The position numbers and the translations under genes are program-made. From Octopus vulgaris (taxonomy: Eukaryota), in assembly GCA_951406725.2 (NCBI GenBank), contig OX597824.1, positions 32,922,001 through 32,986,000 on the forward strand: a stretch of 64,000 nt of DNA. The letters are read 5' to 3'. The notes under the pieces are model-generated. The model saw only the letters and a list, made by a program, of their open reading frames with translations, made no database searches and was not told where the DNA came from. Shown piece by piece: positions 39,779 to 52,642 of this stretch. How positions within the stretch are numbered: the stretch's first letter is position 1; the number at the start of each line of letters is the position of its first letter.

Positions 39779-40967
39779 TAATTCTCTCTACTATATGCAC
39801 AGGGTCTGAAATTTGGGGGAGTGGCTAGTCAATTACATTTAACCTTGTTTTCAATATCTTTAACTTGAAATCATAGTTTTAGTTAATTTTCCATGTGAAA
39901 TGAACAAGTAATTTCTCAAAATTTAATCTTCAATCAGGTTGTGTGGTTAAGAAACTCACTTAGCAACCACATGGTTTCAGGATCAGTCCCATTGTGTAGC
40001 ACCTTGGGCAAGTGTCTCCTACTACAGCCCAGGCTGACCTATGCTTTGTAAGTGAATTTGGTAGTCAGAAACTGTGTGGAAGCCCGTCACGTATACATAT
40101 ATGTATTTATTAGTGCGTGCATCTATCTTTGCTAGCTCTTGTCAAATCATCCAACCCATGCTAGCATAGAAAACAGACATTAACCTCTAGCATTCGGATT
40201 AGTCTGAATGCTTATTTATTCACACTGTCCTGAACTAATCATGCACTATCTCATAACTTAGAGATTTTGATGATGTGACTGCTTACTTTTAGAATAACAT
40301 TACAGGGGGTGTATGAGAGGCCAGATCTAGCTGTGTAAAGTTATAAAAACTGGTAGAATATTTTGGTCAGATATGGCTGGTTTAAATGATGATGATGATG
40401 ATGATAGTTGAAGATTACACAGTGTATTTATTCAGTAGAATGTAAGACAGGAAAGAATGTGAATGTAAAAGCTTAATCTGCAAAAAAGCATTCAAACATC
40501 TACTGGAATGGTATTTAGTTCCTATCAAAGGATTTTATAGAAATGTTAAGAACTTAAGTATTAAATGACATTTAACAGGGGGAGCCTCTACACTGAGACT
40601 TGATCTGTTAGAGATAGCAAGCAGTCAAACCAAACCGTACCATCATGGGAAAAAAAAAAAAAAAAAAAAGAGACGAAGGACACATTGGATATTGTAGTCC
40701 TAGATACACTGTTTGAAACTGAAATGGGATGGCCATAATCAGAATGCCTTGATCATAGATTAAACAACTAAAACATCTAGTGCAGAATAACAAAAAAGTA
40801 TTTATTCAAACATTTACAACCAGAAGCTGACTGCTGAATGAGTTTCTTAAATCTTTATCATCAGATTTGGAACATCCATGCTGGAATTATGTCTTCGCCT
40901 CCTCATTATAATCTAAATTTCTGCAAGATTTATATTTTGTTACAGTTTATAACATTTTGTTACACAT

Positions 40968-41620
40968 TAAGGTGTGTAACCTAGCGATTAGGGTGTTACA
41001 CTCATGAGTAGAAGATCAGGATTTCGATTCCTGGACCAGGCCATGCGTTGTGTTCTTGAGCAAAACACATAAGTTTACACTGCTCCGTGATCACTTTGAT
41101 ATCTGAAACTTGTCAGGTCAGGTCCGATGTATGCAGCATCAGATCCTACTACTGGTAAACTGTAAACCAGTACAACCTGTCAGTGGGGTAGAAAGGGCTC
41201 CTTAGCCGCAGTGAAGGCAATCTGTCTAGGGAGATAACCTTACAATAAATCACTCGGTCCATAGCTTAGAAATACTGGGTTGACGTCCAGCGGGAACAGC
41301 TTTGTTTCATGGAGGAAGAAAGATCTTCTTTAGTGCTTGGTTGAACAATGCTTTCCAATGTGTGTAGTAGCGGCACGCGCACACATTATTAGCCATTTGA
41401 AAAGACTATGGAATTTACAAGGTCTTGACCACGGTCGAACAATGATGATTGATATCTGATGTGTAGCACACCTTGTACTTGTACAGGTAATGTTGATTTG
41501 ATGGAGTGAATGAGCTAATGTACAACGCAAGCATTTGCTCACTATAGGCAAATAATCTGTGTTGGTTGTCCAGTAAGAATCTGTGGAACTCTCAACAGGA
41601 TGACAGAAAAGTCCATCACA
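40968..41620 (+). mobile_element. tRNA-derived SINE with a nested insert of about 340 bp (41107-41448) flanked by an 11-bp duplication
   Basis: B-box-like GATTTCGATTCC. TTGATATCTGA occurs at 41096-41106 and 41449-41459. Related SINEs at about 27855, 30740, 36557, 49468 and 57590. Confidence 0.7.
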
Positions 41621-42487
41621 GTTTATATTTAATGCTTCATCAAGTTTTCATTTCATAAACCAAAAATATTCAAATCCACTCACTTCCACTCATAACTTTT
41701 TTATGAGTAATATTATATTCATAACTCTTGTTATGTTTGTAATGTTAAACTGAGAAATGACAGCAAAATACCCTAACCTATTTAGGTTGTTTTAGATAAA
41801 GAGATTGAAGTAACTGAGTAAGGCTGGTGCAGTTTATTGTGGCAAGATGAAGGAAATGTTTAAGTAGGGTGCAAGTTCCAGATGGAGGTTGTTTAGGAGA
41901 GAAGGAATAATATAATTATAATCAATATAATTAATACAGAGTCCAAGAGGTAAGATCATTTACATTGGATGATGAAGAAAAGGTGTTTCCAAAGAGGAGG
42001 TGGCTTCTAATAGTTCCAGAAAAATAGAGACCTCTTTTAGTGGAGGAGAGTAAATTTCAACTTGAGTTGGTGTTTATAAAGTGTATGAATATTGGTTTGC
42101 AAGTCAGTCTGTTTGTGATCTAAACATGTTTAAGGATGCATTGCCCCAAATATTATAGTACAAGGCATATGCTTCTTAATGTGTTATCAAATGTTCAAGG
42201 CTAAAACAATTTTTGCCTTGAAGTTAAAATGCTGTGTCATAAATTTGAGTTATATGGAAATCGGTATGTTTTTAGGTATATTTTAAAATGTTTAAACAAG
42301 CCTGACATAAATCATAAGAATGCATTACAAAGACATCCTGCCGCTGTAAAAGTAAATGAATTGACCACTAAATAACAAGTAACTGTCTCATGGAAACCAT
42401 GGCACAAAAGAAATGTGTGACTCAAGCTATCAGACATTAAAATAATATGAAGTGTTTACAGAATTATGAGAAGTAAAAGATATTTAC

Positions 42488-42537
42488 CTGGTCGACGAGA
42501 TAACTCCTGACGTCTTGCATTTGAATTTTCTTCATAC
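42488..42537 (-). CDS. CCDC9: CCDC9-like exon (50 nt, phase 2-1): YEENSNARRQELSRRP
   Basis: gtttgttttag|GTATGA...GACCAG|gtaaat. Supplies the phase 2 to phase 1 change the model needs. Confidence 0.85.
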
Positions 42538-42729
42538 CTAAAACAAACAAATAAATAAAATGAAAACAATTCCTAATTAATACATTTTAGGTCTGATAAG
42601 TTCCAATAAATATATCTTCAGTCTTATAATGTAAAAAACCCATTTTATAAGATCCAATCATGTTTTTTAAAAAGCCAGATATTATTCTAATATATTTTGA
42701 GAGTGGATAAGTTTTGTTTAAGTTCTATA

Positions 42730-43125
42730 TTACTCTTTTACTTGTTTCAGTCATTTGACTGCGGCCATGCTGGAGCACCGCCTTTAGTCGAGCAACTCGA
42801 CCCCGGGACTTATTCTTTGTAAGCCCAGTACTTATTCTATCGGTCTCTTTTGCTGAACCGCTAAGTGACAGGGACGTAAACACACCAGCATTGGTTGTCG
42901 AGCAATGCTAGGGGGACAAACACAGACACACAAACACACACATATATATATACATATATACGACAGGCTTCTTTCAGTTTCCGTCTACCAAATCCACTCA
43001 CAAGGCATTGGTTGGCCCGGGGCTATAGCAGAAGACACTTGCCCAAGATGCCACGCAGTGGGACTGAACCCGGAACCATGTGGTTGGTTAGCAAGCTACT
43101 TACCACACAGCCACTCCTGCGCCTA
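42730..43125 (-). mobile_element. tRNA-derived CORE-like SINE (young)
   Basis: Near-identical to 5115-5513. Confidence 0.9.
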
Positions 43126-43499
43126 TTATTCTTCATAATTTCTTTAAACTTCAAACTGCTATTTGCTTATATTTTCATAACGACTTTGAATTTTGAATTT
43201 TTTGTTTTTGTTCGACTTGTATGATGGGACACCTGTTTGGAATGATTGTGTGAAGCCCTGACAAGGGTATATGAGCACTTATAAACACATATACACATCA
43301 CAAACTTTTAGTTTCCACTCACTAGGCTTTGGCTGGTTGTAATAGAAGACACCTGCCCAAGGACTGGACTTGAACGTCTTTACAACATGGCCATACCTGC
43401 ACTTGTCTCAAAAGATTATTCACTCATAACATGAACTGAATTCTGTCTTACCATTTCTTTTCACTCTCACACTCATAAATGTCAACCATTTATATCAGG

Positions 43500-45920
43500 G
43501 GATCACTTGGCTCATCCATTGATTAAGAGCAAGGCAATCCACATAAATTGCAGGATCCAGTGAACATTGACACTTTGAATGCTCAGTGCAACCCAGGGAT
43601 CCCATTATCTTCAGGCTTGGTCTGGTCAAGTGGTGGAGAATCAGGAGTCATGGCAAAAAGCATGGGTGGTGATACCATAGTAAATCTGGTGGGCATACAA
43701 GCCAGATTGACGACATCCTCATCAGAAACTGAGATAAACAGATGCTTATAAATGCAAAGTCCTTTCCCAGTGAGGAATGTACAACTCAACATAAGTTAGT
43801 GGTTAGCAACTTCAGACTTAGAGCTAGATGGACACGGCAGTGCAAACCAGTTTGGAAAAGGAAATTACAAAAGCTCAAAGAACCACCAAACAGTCAGAGA
43901 TTTGGAGACATCATGATTAAAGTATATGATGAAAAAGAGGAGGTTGTGATGTATAATGTAGAGGACAACTGGAAGTTTTTACAGGACAACCTTCTAAAGG
44001 CTGTGACTTGGTGGTGGAACAGTGTGATAGACAGAGCCATAAAAGCAAAGAGACAGGTTTTAACAGATTGGAGAAACGGAGACAGCAAAGTGCTGTAACA
44101 GGTAGCCTAAAGGGAAGCTAAGTGACAGGATTATCTAGTAAGGGCAGAAGCAGAAAGGAAGAGGTTTGCCAATCTCTTACTGTGTGAACATCAGAAATTT
44201 GATGTGTTCTGGGTTGCTAGACAGTGTGTCAGAGAGAATCAAGATGTTGTGGCAGAGAATAATGGATGAACAATGGCATTCTTGCACTAAGTGACACTGA
44301 AAAGAAAGAGGTGTGGAAGTGTTACTATGAGAAACTATTAAATGTGGAGAACGAATGGGAAACAGGTAGTCTCCCTTATGGGAAGCCAACAGAAGGACTG
44401 GCAGTTTTCAAACTGACAGCAGTATGATAGACAAGGCAATTAAGGAGTTACCACTGGTCCATTGGGAGTTACCACTGAAATGCTTAAAATATCTAGCAGA
44501 ATAGGACACAGCTTAGTCACCTGTATAGTTAATCAGGTTATTCAGGAAGGTATTATCCTTGATGGCTGGTGCAGCAACATTATAGTCAGCTGCTACAAAG
44601 GTAAAAGAGATGCCTTAAATAGAATTACAGAAGCATCAAATTGCTAGACCAAGTCATGAAAGTTATGGAAAGAGTTATAGCTCAGTTAATTACGAACTGA
44701 ATCAGATTAGATGAAAAGCAACTTGACTTTGTGATGGGGAGAAGTACTACTGATGCTACCTTTATAGTCAGACGACTGCAGAAGAAGTATTTGGTTAAGA
44801 ACAAACCATTGTATTTGGTATTTCTTGACTTGAAGAAAGCCCTCAACAGAATATCTGCTACGTGATATGGTGGGCTTTCAGGAAGCTAGGGGTTGACAAA
44901 TGGCTTGTAAAAACTGTACAGGCCATGTAGAGAGGTTCTGTCAGTAAGGTGAGAGAGTTAACCAGGAGTATAGTGACGTATTTAGTATACAGGCAGGTAT
45001 TCATCAGGGTTTGGTTCTCAGTCCCCTGCTATTCATCATTGTCCTCCAGGCCATAACAGAGGAAGTCAAGATTGGCTGCTCCTGGGAACTGTAATATGCT
45101 GTTGATCTTGTTCTCATAACAAATTCTGTAACAGAACTAGAAAAGAAATTCTAGGTGTGGAAGCAAAATCTGGAATCAAAGGGCTTTAAAGTTAACTTAG
45201 CAAAGACCAAGGTTCTAGTAAGAAAACAGACAGGACCCTATTCCAATCAGGTAAATGGCCCTGCTAGTATGTAGGAAAGGCATGAGCAAGAATTCCATAC
45301 AGCATACCCAGTGTAAGCTAAGGACACACAAGTGGTGCTGTGGAATATAGGAAGGTTATCAGAGAAAGTAGTGCTTGTATGTGGAAGATGCACAGGGACA
45401 ATAAAGAATACAGATACATAGAGGTAATGAATAATTTCCTCTAACTAGGGGACCTAATTAGCAGTGGAGGAGGATGTATGGAAAGTGTAATAGCCAGAAT
45501 AAGAATAGGATGGAGAAAATTCTGAGGGCTTTTACACTTGTTGGCAACCAAAGGTCTCTCTAAGTGAAAGGAAGATTGTAGGGTGATTGTGTATGAACAG
45601 CAATGCTACATGGTAGTGAATCATGGGTTCCACTAGATGTGCAAGGTCAGTGTAAATGTGTGACAGAGCAGTAGTGTATTGAAAGAAAAGTTAGGCATAA
45701 GGGGATTTAGATGCAGTGTACAAGAGAGAAGACTGCACTAGCTCAGTCATGATACGCATATGGACATGGACAGTTGTATGAAGAAGTGTCAATCACTGGA
45801 AGTTGTGGAAGTGGGAGACCCAGGAAGACATGGAACAATGTATTGAAGGTTGCTCTCAAGACATTGAGCCTTTTGAAGGAAATGACAAAGGACCAAGATA
45901 CTTGGCACCTAGCTGTTCTC
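43500..45920 (+). mobile_element. Decayed RTE-clade LINE (APE endonuclease and RT remnants)
   Basis: Fragments SQIDDILI...EECTTQHKLVV, WWWNS, GRSTTDATFIVRRLQKKY, FLDLKKA, GIHQGLVLSPLLFIIVL, YAVDLVL and GRPRKTW, with many stops and frameshifts. Confidence 0.9.
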
Positions 45921-46582
45921 ATCTACCATAACAGAATTGATATCTTAAACCACCCTGGTTAATGCTTGTCTGTGAAGGGCTTTGTCCTGTGCCCGCCTGC
46001 ATCCTCCCTGCCCCATCAACCATTTCCCCTCACCTTTTTTGAATTATTAGTGAAAATATAAACATATCAAGAAAAGAAAAGACTAAAGTTTTCAAGTTAA
46101 CACAGAAAACAATTCAGTATAACAAAATGATTTTTGTGCAATACTAATAACAACACAAGTCTGCTATAACAAACACATAATGAATTAATAATACAGTCTG
46201 CTGTAACAAATATATACTAAAATAGCAGGCAAGTTTTATTCTAGATACCAAATAGAATTACTAAGTGACATCGTAAACAAGAAAAACAAGAAGAAAATGA
46301 AAGTCAACCACAGAAATCATGACACACAATACAAAATTATAAAATGTTGCAACTAAAAGTACTAACTCGAAGAAATAAAGACATATATGTAAAAATATTT
46401 ACTAAAAAAACAATGAAGAATGGAACATAAACTTTACTATAAGAATACCACTAGGCACAATAAATAAGAATGCTAAAAAGAAAGGGTAAATGAAGAAAAA
46501 TAGATACACAACCAAAATCTGCTTTTTTTTTAATATAAATCTAAAGGTCAAGGAACCATGCTTTGAAGTCCAACTAACAATC

Positions 46583-46637
<55 letters not shown>

Positions 46638-46680
46638 GTATATTAGATAGAGACATTGGAAAAGACATAATGTCACTTAC

Positions 46681-46725
46681 ATTGGGGGAACCTGCATTAG
46701 TTTGAACTGTTGATTGACATTGCAC
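46681..46725 (-). CDS. CCDC9: Candidate 45-nt cassette microexon (phase 2-2): (E)CNVNQQFKLMQVPP
   Basis: ttttgcag|GTGCAA...CCCAAT|gtaagt. Open in the required phase and symmetric, so it could be skipped. Confidence 0.55.
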
Positions 46726-47979
46726 CTGCAAAATTTTACATCGTATTTAATGATAGTCTGTCTTCATGTTGATTAATCTAAGCCTTGAAATATGTCAGAT
46801 TATTACATTTAAATTCAGCAGAAAAATATACACAAAAATTAATAGCCCTTTTTCTGCAGTCTTTCAGATGAAAAGAATTACCATTGATAACACCTGTATT
46901 CTTATGCACATTCAATCATTAGTGAGTCATGAGCTGGAATAAACTTTGATAAGAGAAAACAATCTTTCCAAAATAATATACACTTGAAAATTTCTAAGAA
47001 CTGATAGTAAAAATATTGCTTGAACCGTTTATCTGTCCTGTGTATTCCATGTGATGCACAGTACATATTTTCCTGCGATCCATGCATCATATATGACACA
47101 CATTCCCAATTTATTTCAACAGCCAGAATAACTTGGGACTTATGAAAGGAAAGCTATGTATTAGTCAGAACATACGAAACAAGAGCCAACTAAAAGTCTG
47201 GAAAAAGCATAGACAGTCAGGATAAATTTATAAATATGCTTTGGACAGGCAAAGGGCTAATGATAGAATCAAATATCTAGCAATGATACTTAGTATCAAA
47301 TAGTAACCAACATCTCGGGATTTTATTTAGACAGTTACCAAGTGGGAAATATGTAAATGTAGCTGTGATTTAATTTACGAAACAGGGAAAGAAAAAACAG
47401 ACCTTCAAAATTTTTATGTGAATATATAAGTAAATATTATATATTAAGATTGTTGTGGCTATTGTCAGTGTCATATAACTAGCACCCATGCTGATGGTAT
47501 GTAAAAAGCACCTTCTGAATGTTAGGCCTCACAGAAGCAATGTGGCCAATACTGATGTTACGTAACTAGCACTTGTGCTGGTGACACATAAAAAGCACTT
47601 TTTGAGCACTGGGCCCCACAGAGGCAATGACAAATGACCAAGACCTTTGGCAATATGCTGTGCTTGAGAAGAAGACCCATCAAGCCAAATGAAATTGTAG
47701 TCATGGCAGATACTGGTGTCATGCCAGTGGCATGTAAAAGCATTCATTACACTCTTGGAGAGGTTGGCATTAGGAAGGGCATCCAGATGTAGAAACCATG
47801 CCGAATCAGACTGGACTCTGGTGCATCTCCTCAGATTACCAGCCCTGGTCAAACCATCCAAAACATACCAGCATGGACAATGGATGCTAAATGATGAGGA
47901 TGATGATATGCGTCAAAACTTATTTTTAAGTATTACAATTATTTTACACAGAAATCAAGATATTTTGTTGGGTCTTGAG

Positions 47980-48175
47980 AGGGTCATTACACCAATAATA
48001 ATAACAACACACTAGCTGAGTATCACTTCTTTATTGTTAGTCAATTGGTTAAAATAACTAACCAACTAACTAATCGATTATTTAGGGTGCTGGTTATACA
48101 ATCAATCAGTAACTAACAATAATGAAGTGATACTGAGCTAGTGCATGTGTCGTTATTGGTGTAATGTGAGACCCT
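47980..48175. mobile_element. Long-TIR MITE (related left end at about 59986)
   Basis: AGGGTCATTACACCAATAA...CACTAGCTGAGTATCACTTC against GAAGTGATACTGAGCTAGTG...TTATTGGTGTAATG..ACCCT. Confidence 0.7.
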
Positions 48176-48264
48176 ACTGTAGGTGTATATTATAGACAGC
48201 TCTCCAGAGGTACTGTCCTTCAACTGTATTGTTGATGTTCATATTCAGGATTGCTACATTTGCC

Positions 48265-48371
<107 letters not shown>

Positions 48372-48917
48372 ATCACTCTTAGTTTTGCCAACTGTACAGA
48401 AGACGCTTTAGTTGAAATAGTTTAACACCAAAGTATGTCTCCTGCTTTCTTCAGATGATTTTTTTAGTGTCCCTTGCCTATCAAAAGATGCTAAGAGTGA
48501 CGAATTAGTGCTTCAGCTGTAGAAACTTTAGCTTTTGACACTTTGATAAATAAAGGACACAAAAATTATTTTCTCTTTCTGACAAAGAAATCAGTCTAAA
48601 TCCTCTTCCTCATTGTCATCGTTATCATTGGTATCATCATCTAAAGTCCATTTTCATGATGGCATAGGTTGGACAGTTTGACAGGAACTGCATCAAGTTA
48701 CATAGTCTGTTTTTGGTATGGTTTCTACAGATGGATGCCAAGCACTTTAAAAAGTGTACTGGATGCTTTTAATGTGGCACCAATACCAGTGCTTTTTATG
48801 TGGTACCAGCACCAGTGCTTACTATGGGGCACCATCACCAAAAATATGTTGAAATTCTTATTCCAAGAACATATGAAGTTCAGAACCTTAATACATTATC
48901 AAATAATTACAACTTAC

Positions 48918-49099
48918 TCTTGCTGATGTTTCTCAGCATCCCATTCTCTTCGCCATTCTCCTGAAGCAGATTTTTGTCTCTCAATTCTTTCTTTGTCAAC
49001 TCGGTCTCTCTCTGCTTTCCATTCCATATATTGGCGTCTCTCACGACCTGTCATCGATATAGACATCTCCATCTTTGTCGGAGGAGTGGAATTGAAACT
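48918..49099 (-). CDS. CCDC9: CCDC9-like conserved-domain exon (182 nt, phase 0-2): SFNSTPPTKMEMSISMTGRERRQYMEWKAERDRVDKERIERQKSASGEWRREWDAEKHQQ
   Basis: ttaatag|AGTTTC...CAAGA|gtaagt. Closely resembles the vertebrate CCDC9 motif SMTGRERxEYxxWKxERExIDxERxxRxxxxxGxWRREWDAEK (DUF4594), recognised from memory. Confidence 0.93.
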
Positions 49100-50448
49100 C
49101 TATTAACAGAAACAGAAAAATAAAATCAAATTTAAGGTTCCTAGCTATAAATCTGACTTCACTGCCAATAAATGCATTACTTTCCAAATATATTTTTCTA
49201 TAGTTCATATTTATTCATCTGAAAATTTCTGAAAGCATTACAATACCTACTTTTAATAAGTAAATTGATCATATTCTCTACTTACTTTACTGGACAGCAA
49301 ATTGGCAGAGTGCCTAACATAATGCTTTAATCATGTCTTAGTGTCGCTAAATTTTCCATAATCAGCTATACTTTTTATTCTTTCAGGATCAATAAGTATC
49401 AGTCAATTACTGGATTGGCTGAATCAACTGTTTTCTCCTCCAAAATTAGAAATCATCAACATATTTGTGAAGGCAAGTGGCCTAGTGGTTAAGTGTATTG
49501 CACTCATAATCCTGCGATTGTGGTTTCGATTCTCAGACCAGCTGTATGTTATGCTCTTGTGCAAAACATTTCATTTCATGCTGCTCCAGTCCACTTAGCT
49601 GTAAATGGGTAACCCTGCAATGAACTAGCCTTCTAATCAAGGGGGATGTTGGCCTACTTGTCTAGCCAATGAAATGGCATCACTTGAAAGCTAAAACAGT
49701 ACAAAGCATATTGTGACCAGCGATGTAAAACAACATCCAATAGTCTGGTTATCATGAAATCACCAAATATATTTTATGATGATTAACACTGGATCCTTCT
49801 AACTTTGTGATATGTTACTATATCAATGAATGCTACAGATATTTAACAAGTATAAAAATTTTGCAGTGTTAAAACTGAAACTTAGCTTTAACTTTTGGAT
49901 TTCCACAATGTTTTACACAACCTCTTTCTGATTTTATCCAAAAATGGAGTGGAATAAGATGAAAAGGATATAGATCTCAAGAGAAGAGAACATGCTTTGA
50001 AACTAATTTGTACAATCACAAAGAAAGCTGCTTATGAATTAGTTCGAAATATGTACTTTTTACTTGAAGTAAGTCTACACTGAGCAAAAAATTCTCAAAA
50101 GTTTAATTTTGATATATTTTTATCAGAATGTGATTTTGAAGCTTTCAACTGCAGAAACTAATTCTAATTGGCTTTGGAATAATATTTTTAACAGTCTGAG
50201 GTAGTTATATTTTTTCTCTCATATACTTCATAAAGTTACTTTCTATAGATATGTGAGTAAAAATATTTCTCCAAATTACAAGTTTAATCTAGCACCAAAT
50301 AAAATATGTTGTGATTCCAGGACCTTTCAGATTTGTTGGGTGTTTGGAAGAAGAAAAGTGATTTTAATTTACTTAACATCAACTGTTCTAAACATGAACT
50401 TGTCAGAAATAACGAGTGAGAAAAAGTGTTAAAAGTGAATAATTAGCT

Positions 50449-50536
50449 ATTAAATGGTTAATAAAGCAATGTCTGTTTGAATGTAATTTCAAATTAAATG
50501 GGTAATAAAGCAATGTCTGCTTGAATGTAATTTCAA
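50449..50536. repeat. 44-bp tandem duplication just downstream of the 50556 donor
   Basis: ATTAAATGG(T/G)TAATAAAGCAATGTCTG(T/C)TTGAATGTAATTTCAA twice. Confidence 0.9.
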
Positions 50537-50555
50537 TGATAAATTGTATCCTAAC

Positions 50556-50816
50556 CTGTCTATCTCTTGCAGCTTTCATTTTTGATTTCACATTTTGGAA
50601 ATCAATTCCACCATAGTTTTTTGGGTGCCTGCGAATATCTTTTACACGGTTATCTTTTATGTTGCTGCATTCTCCCCCTCCTCCTCCTCCTCTCCCGCCA
50701 CTGCCACTGCTTCCTCCTCCACCTCCTCCTCCTCCATCCCTGTCACCTCGGTCATAACCAGGACCTTCACGGCGTCTATCTGCAAGGAAGTTGTAGGCAG
50801 GGTCAGGTGGTGGGCC
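50556..50816 (-). CDS. CCDC9: CCDC9-like exon (261 nt, phase 0-0): GPPPDPAYNFLADRRREGPGYDRGDRD(G/S-rich)...HPKNYGGIDFQNVKSKMKAARDRQ
   Basis: ttcctag|GGCCCA...AGACAG|gttagg. NYGGIDF resembles the CCDC9 NWGGPDF motif (recalled). Confidence 0.9.
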
Positions 50817-51306
50817 CTAGGAATTGCAAAAAGAAACAAATAGAAGAAATAAAACATTTCTGAAGTGATTCCAACAAAATCAGAGAAGTAAACACAATAA
50901 CAATATTGATTTCAAATTTTGACACAAGGCCAGCAATTTCAGGGGAAGGAGCAAGTCGACTGCCTCGACTCAAGTGCTTGACTGGTACTTGTCTTATCAA
51001 CCCTGAAAGGATGAAAGGAAAAGTTGACCTCGGCAGAATTTGAACTCAGAACATAAAGACAAATGAAATGCAGTTAAGCATTTTACCTAGCATGCTAACG
51101 TTTCTGCTAGCTTGTTGCCCTAAACACGATAATAATAATATTGTCTTAAATGTTATCAATGCAGAGCAACTATAAACTACTGTCATATCAAATAAAATTT
51201 AGCACATTAGCAGACAAACCTTTCATGCTCTTCACTACATCCAAATGATCAATGCTAAATTACAGTAAAATCCATATATAATACACCAGCGTGTATAATA
51301 TGCTAG

Positions 51307-51706
51307 TACTCTTTCACTTGTTTCAGTCATTTGACTGTGGCCATGCTGGAGCACCGCCTTTAGTCGAGCAAATCAACCCCAGGACTTATTCTTTGTAAGC
51401 CTAGTACTTATTCTATCAGTCTCTTTTGCCGAACTGCTAAGTTACGGCGTTGTAAACACACCAGCATCAGTTGTCAAGTGATGTTGGGAGGACAAACACA
51501 GACACACAAACATACACACACACACATATATATATATATATACATATATACGACGGGCGTTTTCAGTTTCCGTCTACCAAATCCACTCACAAGGCTTTGG
51601 TCGACCCGAGGCTATAGTAGAAGACACTTGCCCAAGGTGTCACGCAGTGGGACTGAACCCGGAACCATGTGGTTGGTAAAAAAGCTACTTACCACACAGC
51701 CACTTC
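51307..51706 (-). mobile_element. tRNA-derived CORE-like SINE; an older + copy follows at about 51878-52310
   Basis: Same family consensus as the other copies. Confidence 0.88.
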
Positions 51707-52642
51707 TACATATAATATATATCTCAATTTCGAACTCTAAATTGTTTTGAAACTCTTTAATACCATGTATAACATAGAATGTTATATAACAGCTATAAGA
51801 GCAGATTATCTACTGTAATGCAATAAAATAACCCTTAATATCCCATTTTATGTTAAATAAAATAACTTTACATTTTGAAGCTGTCATAGCTGTGTGGTTA
51901 AGAATTCCAATTTCAGACCAGATGATTCTGAGTTCAGTCCCTCTGTGTAGCACATTGGGTATGTGTCTTCTGCTTGAGTCAGGCACTATGAGTGAATTTT
52001 GGTAGTCAGAAACTGTGCAGAAGCCTGTTGTGTGTGTGAGTGCGTATGCATGTATGGGCCTTTATGCATGCATACTTATATGTTTATGATTGTCAGCCTT
52101 ATTTTGTCTTTACAGGGACACTGTTTGACAGCTGGTGTTAGTTTACATCCTGTAACTTAATGGCTCAACAAAAGTACAGATTGCTAGAATAAGTAACAGG
52201 CTTTTAAAAAAGTAAGTAGTGGGGTTGATTTGATTGACTAAAACCTGCAGTATTAGACAACATGGTTGCAGTCCAGTGCCTGGAACCCCTAAAAGTGAAA
52301 GAATAAAAGAAAGCATGGAGGACACATATTAGTCATTCAAAAATACGCAAAAACTGTTCAGCTTTTGTGTGTTTCTGAATGGTTAATATGTGTCTTCTGC
52401 ATTATAACTGCTTTAGTGTCAACACAGTCTCAGATCAAATTACTCGTTAAGCAAGTACATCAAATACATAACGAAATACTATTAAAAAAAAAAATCATCT
52501 CAAAAGTGATAAAGTCTTATTACATTGTTTCTCTTTCTTTCTGAATAAAAGTGTGTGTTGGGGTGGGCAGGAGATAATCTTTAGTTGTAACATAATTTGT
52601 TATGTACAATAAATAAGATAACCAGACAACAGTAAAAATAAT

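Noticed and set aside
48385-48430. Hammerhead-like CAGAAGA...GAAATAGTT after a (TA)n tract
   Set aside because: The core and stems are too degenerate to support a call.
50567-50863. ORFs 50567-50863, 50595-50843 and 50657-50857
   Set aside because: Wrong frame or strand. The real exon frame (GPPPDPAYNFLAD...) carries the conserved motif and fits the neighbouring phases.
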